In this document: positions 56,612 through 64,000 of the stretch, piece by piece
Layout: every line of letters starts with the position of its first letter
How positions within the stretch are numbered: the stretch's first letter is position 1
Assembly: GCA_018644935.1 (NCBI GenBank)
Contig: JABGPL010000007.1
Coordinates: 700-64,699 of the forward strand
DNA length: 64,000 nucleotides
Origin: Calditrichota bacterium
GTDB lineage: Bacteria; Electryoneota; AABM5-125-24; Hatepunaeales; Hatepunaeaceae
Direction of reading: 5' to 3'
Notes under the pieces: model-generated
Seen by the model: the letters and a program-made list of their open reading frames with translations, nothing else
Database searches by the model: none
Told to the model about the DNA's origin: nothing
Position numbers and translations under genes: made by a program

Positions 56612-59011
56612 ATGAAAATATCATACAATTGGCTACGTGATTTCGTAGCTTTCACACATAGCCCACAAGACCTGGGCGCACTTTTAGACCAATTGGGCTT
56701 TGGGGTTGAATCCCTGAACGAGTATAAAGCCTCTTGGTCGAAAGTTGTTGTCGGAAAGGTTTTGACCTGCGAACCGGTTCCGAAGAGCGATCACCTGTCT
56801 TTGTGTTCGGTAAATGTAGGGGAAGAGACCTTTGCAACAATAGTCTGTGGTGCTCCCAATGTAGCAGCAGGACAAACTGTCCCGGTTGCAGTCGTTGGCG
56901 CAGAGCTCGATGGTGGATTCAAAATCACCAAACGTAAGTTACGTGGTGTTGAATCACATGGGATGATCTGCTCAGAGCGTGAGCTAAAAATTTCGGACGA
57001 ATCTTCCGGAATTATGGTCTTGCCTGACGATTTGCCGATTGGCTCACCATTGGAAGATCACATCTGCATTAATGACTGGGTTTACGACCTTGAAGTGACC
57101 TTTAATCGCCCGGACTGTTTGTCACATATTGGAATAGCTCGTGAAATAGCAGCCTCCACCGGTGTAGAGATTAAGCTTCCTTCGACTGAGATAAATGAAG
57201 ATGCCGTTCCCGCAAGTGATAAAGTGTCTGTGGAAATTATGACCTCCAAGAGATGTCCTCGATATTCAGCCAGAGTTTTAGAAGGCGTTACAATAAAGCC
57301 ATCACCGCTGTATATGCAGGAAAGATTGCGTTCCGTTGGTGTCAGACCTATCAACAATGTTGTGGATGTTACAAACTACATACTAATGGAACTTGGGCAT
57401 CCCCTTCATGCTTTTGATTATCACTTAGTGTCTGATGGTGAAATCATCGTCCGACTTGCCGATAAAGGTGATCAGTTTACAACTCTCGACGACAAAAAGC
57501 ACATCCTCGAAGAAACCGACCTGATGATCGCTGATCCAGAGCATGCAATTGCTATCGGTGGTGTAATGGGCGGTCAGAATAGCGAGATCAAGGATGAAAC
57601 AAAAGATGTTCTCCTTGAGTGTGCATGTTTTGAACCGGTCGGAATAAGAATTACTTCTCGCAACCGTGCAATAACAACTGAATCGTCACACCGCTTTGAA
57701 AGAGGTGTCGATCCAGAGATGACCATATACGCTATAGACAGAGCAGCTCAACTTATCAATGAACTGGCAGGGGGAAAAGTTCTTCAAGGGATCGTTGACA
57801 ATTATGCTAAACCCTGGGAACCAACGACTATTTCACTACGAACAACTCGCGCTAATAAGTTGCTGGCAACGGATTTATCTTCCATCGAAATGGGAGACTA
57901 CCTCAAAGCTCTTGGCTGCACCGTGAATGTTTCGGATACAATTGAAGTTATTCCTCCATCATGGAGGCACGACCTTGAGCGGGAAATTGATCTGATTGAA
58001 GAGATTGCCAGGTTATATGGTTATGACAAGATTGAAACCGCTGTAACATCATCGGTACCATTGGTTACTGACCCTGATCGAGAACGGGAACGAAAGCTGA
58101 TAAATCGTTTCAAACAGGTCATGGTTGAGTTGGGCATGTACGAAGCGAATAGTTTTTCATTAATTCCAGGTAGTGATGAACAAAGTTTCCCTGAAGGAAT
58201 AACTCCTGTCAGGGTACAAAATCCTCTCAGTGAGGATATGGCAATACTAAGACCCAATTTAGCATCTTCACTTCTACGTGCAGTTGAGCGTAGTCAAAAA
58301 AACGGAACTAATGACATCCGTCTTTTTGAGTGGGGCAGGTGCTTCCGAATGGAGTCTGGACAGGTTCAGGAGAATTGGCATTTAGCCGGAGTTTTGACTG
58401 GCAAATCTCAACCCACAAGTTGGGCAGAACAGAATCGAGATATGAGTTTCTTTGACTTGAAGGGACTGATTGAAATCCTTGCTGAAAAGATTTCGCTTGA
58501 CAAGGTTCGGTTTATTTCTTACCATATACATAGTATCCTCCAGTTTGGTGGAGACATTACAGTTGGAGAACAGGATAAATCCGAACAAATTGGAATATTT
58601 GGTCAGATTGATTCTGTGATAACAAAGAATTTTGGCATCGAAACCCCCGTCTGGTATTTTGAGCTGAACGGAGACAAGATGTTGTCATTGGCTGGTAAAC
58701 AGTCAAGTTTTAAACCTTTGCCCCGCTTCCCGGCGGCACTTCGTGATCTGGCATTCATCGTAAAAGATTCGATAATGGCAGGGCAAATCCGTGATCTCGC
58801 TTTAAAAGCAGGAGGAGAGTTGCTTGAAGAAGTTGAGGTCTTTGATTTGTTTCGCGGAGGATCAATTCCGGAGGGGAATAAATCGTTAGCATTTCACTTG
58901 ATTTATCGTAGTCCTGCGCGGACACTGTCGGATGAAGAGGTTGAGAATTCCATCAAAAGAATAATTGCCTCGGTGGCAGAAGAAGTTGGCGCTGAATTGC
59001 GATCACTATAA
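56612..59011 (+). CDS. pheT: phenylalanine--tRNA ligase beta subunit
   Basis: N-terminal tRNA-binding domain (VVGKVLTCEPVPKSDHLSLCSVNVG), B3/4, B5 and a C-terminal FDX-ACB-like domain. 799 aa. Confidence 0.95.
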   Translation: MKISYNWLRDFVAFTHSPQDLGALLDQLGFGVESLNEYKASWSKVVVGKVLTCEPVPKSDHLSLCSVNVGEETFATIVCGAPNVAAGQTVPVAVVGAELDGGFKITKRKLRGVESHGMICSERELKISDESSGIMVLPDDLPIGSPLEDHICINDWVYDLEVTFNRPDCLSHIGIAREIAASTGVEIKLPSTEINEDAVPASDKVSVEIMTSKRCPRYSARVLEGVTIKPSPLYMQERLRSVGVRPINNVVDVTNYILMELGHPLHAFDYHLVSDGEIIVRLADKGDQFTTLDDKKHILEETDLMIADPEHAIAIGGVMGGQNSEIKDETKDVLLECACFEPVGIRITSRNRAITTESSHRFERGVDPEMTIYAIDRAAQLINELAGGKVLQGIVDNYAKPWEPTTISLRTTRANKLLATDLSSIEMGDYLKALGCTVNVSDTIEVIPPSWRHDLEREIDLIEEIARLYGYDKIETAVTSSVPLVTDPDRERERKLINRFKQVMVELGMYEANSFSLIPGSDEQSFPEGITPVRVQNPLSEDMAILRPNLASSLLRAVERSQKNGTNDIRLFEWGRCFRMESGQVQENWHLAGVLTGKSQPTSWAEQNRDMSFFDLKGLIEILAEKISLDKVRFISYHIHSILQFGGDITVGEQDKSEQIGIFGQIDSVITKNFGIETPVWYFELNGDKMLSLAGKQSSFKPLPRFPAALRDLAFIVKDSIMAGQIRDLALKAGGELLEEVEVFDLFRGGSIPEGNKSLAFHLIYRSPARTLSDEEVENSIKRIIASVAEEVGAELRSL

Positions 59012-59034
59012 ATTAGAAAGTCATAACTCGAACT

Positions 59035-59307
59035 ATGGATTTATCCTTCCTTGATAAACTCGGAGATGAACTTTTGGCACTCCGTGAGAAGTACGAAATT
59101 GCCAAAGCAGGAAAAGAAAGTTTAGAGCAAAAAGTAGTTGAGCTTGAGAGTGAGGTTGTACAGTTAAATGAAACAGTGTCCAATCTGAAACAGTCAAGTG
59201 CGCAAATGCGTTCAGACTTGGATGAGGCAAAGCTCAGTACTCGAGAAAAAGAGGAACGGATCAGGTCCAAAGTTGATGAATTACTGGCTAAGATAGAGGG
59301 AACCTAA
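59035..59307 (+). CDS. small coiled-coil protein (possible cell-division partner of ZapA)
   Basis: 90 aa of heptad-like, E/K/L-rich sequence. It lies between pheT and zapA. Confidence 0.5.
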   Translation: MDLSFLDKLGDELLALREKYEIAKAGKESLEQKVVELESEVVQLNETVSNLKQSSAQMRSDLDEAKLSTREKEERIRSKVDELLAKIEGT

Positions 59308-59401
59308 GCGAATCCTTCATGAGGCCCTGAGCGGGAATCGTCAATGGAGTTAGAAACCAGAATTATTCTCCATAGAAGGTGCCGGATAATTTAGTACATC
59401 T

Positions 59402-59698
59402 ATGAACAACCAGCAAACAAAGAACGATACTGTAAAGGTTACAATCTATGGTCAGGAGTATCCGATAAAGACCAATGGGAGTAACGAGGAATATATTCGC
59501 AGAGTAGCCGGATATGTTGATGAAATGATGGCTCAAATTGATAAACAGAATTCGATTTTCTCAACAACCCGTCTGGCAGTACTCGCTGCTTTAAATATTG
59601 CTGATGAGCTCTTTTCCCTAAAGGGTGAGAGCGAGAATCTGGTAAAATCCTATGAAGAAAAAACGCGTCAAATCTTGGAAAACCTTGAGATGAAATAA
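59402..59698 (+). CDS. zapA: cell division protein ZapA
   Basis: VKVTIYGQEYPIKTNGSNEEYIRRVAGYVDEMM...RLAVLAALNIADELF. 98 aa. Confidence 0.8.
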   Translation: MNNQQTKNDTVKVTIYGQEYPIKTNGSNEEYIRRVAGYVDEMMAQIDKQNSIFSTTRLAVLAALNIADELFSLKGESENLVKSYEEKTRQILENLEMK

Positions 59699-59742
59699 AC
59701 GTTTTTAGGATTGCTACCTCATTAGAAAGATATTTTTGCTTT

Positions 59743-59950
59743 GATAACCCGCCTTGTGCTCAGTTCCATAATAGGAACCAACACTTTTCCTATAGGAGCA
59801 GGTTTCTATGCGTGGCTTGCAGGCCGCAACTCCGTTTGTCGGAGTCCATTAACATGGACAGCGGAAACGAAATACGTGTAGGACCACACCATTTGTATAC
59901 ACAAACGGTTCTTCCAAGGAGCTTTGCCGCAGGGTGGGTTTATCATTTTT
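59743..59950 (+). ncRNA. ssrS: candidate structured sRNA, 6S RNA-like (rod with closing stem, asymmetric central loop, terminal hairpin, 3' U-run)
   Basis: GATAACCCGCCTTGTG (59743-58) pairs with CGCAGGGTGGGTTTATC (59928-44; one bulge, three G-U pairs) and is followed by ATTTTT. Nested inner helices are 59773-79/59907-13, 59788-94/59877-83 and 59802-06/59864-68. The apical hairpin is ACTCCG-TTTGT-CGGAGT (59829-45). It sits directly after zapA. Confidence 0.35.
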
Positions 59951-59968
59951 GGATTCAGGACGATAATT

Positions 59969-61534
59969 ATGTTAACATATATTCTGTTTGTTATTGGTTG
60001 TATTCTCGCAGGAGTTGCTCTTTTTTTACTCGGTTGGTATGTAAAAAGTCGTGTTGACAAGATAAAAAGTCAGTCGATTGAAGATCAGACCCGCCGAATG
60101 ACAGAAGAAGCCGAGCAAAACTCGGAAAGGCTCAAGCATGAAAAGCTGCTTGAGGTTCGAGATGAGCACCTGAAACGAAAAACCCAACTCGAAAGTGACT
60201 ATCAGGGAAAGAGAGCAGAGCTAAACAAGCTCGAACACCAGATGCGGGAAAGGGAAAGATCGCTCAACCAGAAGTCTGAGAATATTGAGAAACGCGGTAA
60301 AGAATTAAAGCATATCGACCGGGAAAACCGTGAAAGATCTCGCAAAGTAGATGCGCTTGAGATTAGTCTCAAGGGTAAATCAGAGCAGATTGCGAAAAAA
60401 CTCGAAGAAATTTCCCGCATGTCTCATGATGAAGCCTTACGGGCATTGCGTGAAGAGTTGATTGATCGAGCCAAACAAGAATCTGCGGAGACAATCAAAG
60501 AAATCAGAGATCGGGCACGATTGCAGGCAAATCGGGAAGCGAAAGAACTCATTGTTCAAGCAATCCAACGCTCAGCTGCTGATCATTCCGCTGAAACGAC
60601 TGTTACTGTTGTCAACATCCCCAATGATGAGATAAAAGGACGAATTATCGGTCGAGAAGGCCGCAATATTCGTGCGTTCGAATCTGCCAGTGGGGTTGAG
60701 GTGATAATCGATGATACACCGGAAGCAGTCACTCTATCCGGTTTTGATCCCTTCCGCCGCGAGATAGCGAGAATAGCACTTGAGAAGCTGATCACTGACG
60801 GTCGAATACATCCGGCTCGAATTGAAGAGGTATTGAAAAAATCTCAGGAAGAGCTCGAGGAGAAGGTTATTGAGTTGGGTGAAGAAGCCTCATTAGAAAC
60901 CGGAGTTGATGGATTACATCCCATTCTTGTTCAGCACCTCGGAAGATTGCATTATCGTACTTCTTACGGACAGAATGTTCTCAAACATTCAATTGAAGTT
61001 TCAAGACTGGCAGCTTTAATGGCGGTTGAATTAGGTCTTGACTCAAAACTTGCAGCTCGATCTGGATTGCTTCATGATATTGGAAAGTCAATTGACAGAA
61101 ATTCTGAGGGTACTCACACAGAGCTCGGCTCGGAGTTAGCCCGGAAATATCGCGAACCAAAAGTTGTAATCAATGCGATCGCCTCACATCATGATGATGT
61201 TGAAGCGAACTCGTTGATTGCCTGCCTGATTCAGGCGGGAGATGCCATCTCAGGAGCTCGACCGGGAGCCAGGCGAGATAGTCTTGAAGGGTATATTCGG
61301 AGACTTGAAAAACTCGAAGAGATTGCCAATTCCTTCCCTGGAGTTAATAAGACATTCGCTCTTCAAGCTGGTCGCGAGATCAGAGTGATGGTTGAACACG
61401 ACAGCGTAAATGACGCGAGAGCAGAGCAGCTTGCCTATGATTGTGCCGAAAAAATTCAGAGCAATCTTGAATACCCCGGTCAAATCAAAGTGACCGTCAT
61501 TCGCGAGTTCCGAGCAGTTGAATACGCCCGATGA
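59969..61534 (+). CDS. rny: ribonuclease Y
   Basis: N-terminal TM helix ([23 protein letters not shown]), coiled coil, KH domain ([15 protein letters not shown]) and HD domain (HSIEVSRLA...LLHDIGK). ATG 59969 follows AGGA. The track start 59924 lies inside the structured RNA. Confidence 0.9.
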   Translation: MLTYILFVIGCILAGVALFLLGWYVKSRVDKIKSQSIEDQTRRMTEEAEQNSERLKHEKLLEVRDEHLKRKTQLESDYQGKRAELNKLEHQMRERERSLNQKSENIEKRGKELKHIDRENRERSRKVDALEISLKGKSEQIAKKLEEISRMSHDEALRALREELIDRAKQESAETIKEIRDRARLQANREAKELIVQAIQRSAADHSAETTVTVVNIPNDEIKGRIIGREGRNIRAFESASGVEVIIDDTPEAVTLSGFDPFRREIARIALEKLITDGRIHPARIEEVLKKSQEELEEKVIELGEEASLETGVDGLHPILVQHLGRLHYRTSYGQNVLKHSIEVSRLAALMAVELGLDSKLAARSGLLHDIGKSIDRNSEGTHTELGSELARKYREPKVVINAIASHHDDVEANSLIACLIQAGDAISGARPGARRDSLEGYIRRLEKLEEIANSFPGVNKTFALQAGREIRVMVEHDSVNDARAEQLAYDCAEKIQSNLEYPGQIKVTVIREFRAVEYAR

Positions 61535-61541
61535 GTCCGAA

Positions 61542-62327
61542 ATGAAAACGGTCAGGATTCTCTTCATAGCTGACATCTTTGGCAAACCGGGTCTCGACAT
61601 TCTTACCCGGATGTTGCCTGGTTTTGCAAAAGAAAAGCGCGCTGATCTGATAGTCGCGAATGGCGAAAATGCCGACAACGGGAGAGGGCTAACCGTAGAA
61701 CTTGCAAACTCGCTTTACGATCTCGGAGTAGGGGTAATAACAAGTGGTAACCACATTTGGGATAAAGCCCCTATCCGCAAAGAATTCAAGAAGTTTCCAA
61801 ACCTTTTAAGACCATTGAACTATCCATCCGGCTCAGGTGGGAGAGGTTCAACAGTGTTTTCAACCAAATCAGGAATAGAGATAACCGTTCTCAACCTGCA
61901 GGGACGGACATTCATGACCCCAATTGATTGTCCATTCAGGGTGCTTGAGAGATATCTGGAAAATAAAAAAGTCGAATCCCCAATAGTCTTTGTTGATTTT
62001 CATGCCGAATCAACCGCAGAAAAGCAGGCTCTTGCATGGCATTTTGATGGAAGAGTTTCCGCTATTATCGGGACACATACCCATGTTCAGACTGCAGATG
62101 AAAGGATATTTGAAAAAGGAACCGGGTATATAACAGATGCCGGAATGACCGGTTCGTTTGATTCTGTCATTGGAATGGTTCCAAAAGTAGCAATTCGCAG
62201 ATTTTTGACCCAAACTCCACAACCCTTTCAAACGGCTTCAGACAACCTCCATATTTGTGGCGTCGTTGTTGAAATTGACTCAGAATCCGGAAAGTGCATC
62301 TCGATTGAGAGGTTTTCGACTCCATGA
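61542..62327 (+). CDS. ymdB: YmdB-like metallophosphoesterase (2',3'-cyclic-nucleotide phosphodiesterase family)
   Basis: VRILFIADIFGKPG, NGENADNGRGLT, SGNHIWDK and GTHTHVQTADE. It lies immediately after rny. Confidence 0.85.
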   Translation: MKTVRILFIADIFGKPGLDILTRMLPGFAKEKRADLIVANGENADNGRGLTVELANSLYDLGVGVITSGNHIWDKAPIRKEFKKFPNLLRPLNYPSGSGGRGSTVFSTKSGIEITVLNLQGRTFMTPIDCPFRVLERYLENKKVESPIVFVDFHAESTAEKQALAWHFDGRVSAIIGTHTHVQTADERIFEKGTGYITDAGMTGSFDSVIGMVPKVAIRRFLTQTPQPFQTASDNLHICGVVVEIDSESGKCISIERFSTP

Positions 62328-63898
62328 AAAACCTTCCCGAATATGATCTATTATTCACTGGGGGTCGAATATTCGGAGGATCAGGGTGGTCAGATCCAGT
62401 CTGGTTGAATGGTGTACTGATTATTGATGGGAAGATTGCTGCGACGGGGGACCCACCCAATCTGATAGAAATCCATAAGAGTAGTTCAGAAAACACACTA
62501 AGGAAAATCGCTCTCGCGGGTTCGCTGCTACTTCCCGGTTTGTGTGATGGGCATTTACACCTTGCTGTTGGTGGGAAGACCCTTGAGCTAACCAATCTTA
62601 GTGGAATGGACAAAACACAAGTGAAAGGATCACTTCGTGAAACTGCTAAAAGACTTGGGGATAAAGATAAGTGGCTCCATGCATTCAATTGGGATTCATC
62701 CCGGTGTTCTCTTACAGCTGATGATCTTGAACAGTGGCTGCCAGATCAGTTAGTAGTTATTAACCAGATTGATTTGCATGGTGGATGTGTTAGTCATAGA
62801 GTTCTTAATAGTATTGGTATAAACAAGTTAAGTCCAGACCCATCAGGGGGTCGCATTGGTAGAGATTCCAATGGGAAGCCTAATGGATTACTCTACGAAT
62901 CTGCAATTGATCCCGTGCGAATGGCTGTACCTGATCCAACACCTGACGACATCCAAAAAAATATTCTTCGCGGACAGGATTATCTGATCCAAAAAGGGGT
63001 AACTGCAGTAAGTGAGGTTTTAAACCCCAATACCGAAGACATTTATAGGGAACTAGATAAAAATGGTTTGCTTCATTTGCAGGTTGATGCCTGGCAACGC
63101 TTTGAAGAATGGGATTGGAAAACACCTCCGACTCCTAGTGGTAATAGATTCCAACTCCATACCTTAAAAGCTTTCCTTGATGGTTCTTTTGGTTCCCGTA
63201 CCGCCTCCCTCAACACACCATACGAAGATCAACCACAGAATTGTGGCACACTGTTCATGTCTGACCGCGACTTAACCGATCTCGTCATGTCTTCTAACAA
63301 TGCTGGTTGGAAACTCGCTTTGCATGCAATTGGGGATAAATCAGTACAGCAGGCGATTCGGGTATTAGGAAAATTGCCGCACCCGGATATAGGCAAACAT
63401 CGCATTGAACACATGCAGCTTCTCCTTCCGCAGGATGTCTCAAGCTTTGCTAAAACGGATCTCACAGCCTCAATTCAACCGGTTCACCTGATTGATGATC
63501 AGCTCTGGCTTGCAAATGCTATCGGCAAGAGTCGTACTCGCGACAGCTCAATATGGCAATCATTATACGAAAATGGTGTGACACTGGTCATTGGTAGTGA
63601 TTGGCCGGTAGCAAGCCCGGATCCGCTGCTGAATATCCATGCATCAATAAACCGGTGTGGTTTTGGAAGAGGTCCAAACCTGAATGATAACCCAAAAGAA
63701 GTACTCCTTCCGGCTACAGCAATTAGAGCGGCGTCTCACGGATGGGCAGAGGCCGCTTCCCTTTCCCATCGTCGAGGATCAATCACAGTTGGACTCGATG
63801 CCGATTTCACCGTTGTAGGTGGTATGCCAGAAGTCTTGACAGATTGGTCGAGAGCTGTCGTTGAAATGACAGTCTGTGGTGGTAAACTCATCGATTAA
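62324..63898 (+). CDS. amidohydrolase family protein (Amidohydro_3 / YtcJ-like)
   Basis: LLPGLCDGHLHL, LALHAIGD, IEHMQLL and GSDWPVA. The start overlaps the ymdB stop by 4 nt (ATGA). Confidence 0.8.
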   Translation: MKNLPEYDLLFTGGRIFGGSGWSDPVWLNGVLIIDGKIAATGDPPNLIEIHKSSSENTLRKIALAGSLLLPGLCDGHLHLAVGGKTLELTNLSGMDKTQVKGSLRETAKRLGDKDKWLHAFNWDSSRCSLTADDLEQWLPDQLVVINQIDLHGGCVSHRVLNSIGINKLSPDPSGGRIGRDSNGKPNGLLYESAIDPVRMAVPDPTPDDIQKNILRGQDYLIQKGVTAVSEVLNPNTEDIYRELDKNGLLHLQVDAWQRFEEWDWKTPPTPSGNRFQLHTLKAFLDGSFGSRTASLNTPYEDQPQNCGTLFMSDRDLTDLVMSSNNAGWKLALHAIGDKSVQQAIRVLGKLPHPDIGKHRIEHMQLLLPQDVSSFAKTDLTASIQPVHLIDDQLWLANAIGKSRTRDSSIWQSLYENGVTLVIGSDWPVASPDPLLNIHASINRCGFGRGPNLNDNPKEVLLPATAIRAASHGWAEAASLSHRRGSITVGLDADFTVVGGMPEVLTDWSRAVVEMTVCGGKLID

Positions 63899-64000
63899 GT
63901 TCAAACAGTTAACCTATGCGTAGAAATAGCAGTGGCTTAATTGTCAGATAGAATCCTTTCCCATTTTCAAATTAGCAGACCCACCTCTTAAAGGATGAAA

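Noticed and set aside
59806-60060. Mutually antisense ORFs 59806..60060 (-) and 59812..60057 (+), and the long rny start at 59924
   Set aside because: They span the structured non-coding region and the rny 5' end. They have no RBS and their composition is unconvincing. The RNase Y N-terminal TM helix begins at the ATG at 59969.
61250-62688. Minus-strand ORFs 61250..61678 (142 aa) and 62167..62688 (173 aa)
   Set aside because: They are antisense to rny, the ymdB-like gene and the amidohydrolase, all of which have clear motifs. The translations are Ser/Pro/Arg-rich and typical of antisense frames.
1-64000. CRISPR arrays
   Set aside because: There is no regularly spaced direct repeat array anywhere. 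The repeated hairpins are irregularly spaced, palindromic and of several classes.

Overview
This 64-kb window is a bacterial chromosomal segment. It probably comes from a non-Bacteroidetes member of the FCB superphylum. Five very large secreted proteins end in the (N/V/F)PNPFN-type T9SS C-terminal sorting domain, yet genes use GGAGG Shine-Dalgarno sites and TTGACA/TATAnT promoters. Layout: (1) 1-8.2 kb holds a phage-derived head/packaging/lysis module: capsid-like protein, large terminase, portal, S78-like prohead protease, small membrane protein and amidase_2 endolysin. It has unusually wide, hairpin-filled intergenic gaps, and no tail, integrase or small-terminase gene is recognisable in the window. 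(2) 8.2-17.3 kb holds a 1707-aa gingipain-like C25 protein, SurA and a PAS hybrid histidine kinase. (3) 18-26 kb holds valS, two tandem DUF4139-type paralogues, recG and tRNA-Ser. (4) 26-29.5 kb holds mscS and a small operon headed by a cNMP-binding/FHA fusion. (5) 29.9-46.8 kb is an accessory surface-protein island. It contains a 1464-aa S8 subtilase with a duplicated module, a 17-heme cytochrome c fused to a membrane cytochrome b domain, three paralogous propeller-repeat proteins and a 1033-aa T9SS cargo protein. (6) 47-64 kb is housekeeping: MBL hydrolase, class II RNR, tRNA-Cys/Leu/Val, thrS-infC-rpmI-rplT-pheS-pheT, a coiled-coil protein, zapA, a candidate 6S-like structured RNA, rny, a ymdB-like gene and an amidohydrolase. 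The most distinctive non-genic signal is a population of short intergenic hairpins. They fall into several unrelated stem classes, and most are anchored by the same GTAG/CTAC tetranucleotide (REP-like architecture). One inverted doublet is flanked by a perfect 10-bp direct repeat. All functional calls come from motifs read by eye in the translations. No database search was possible.
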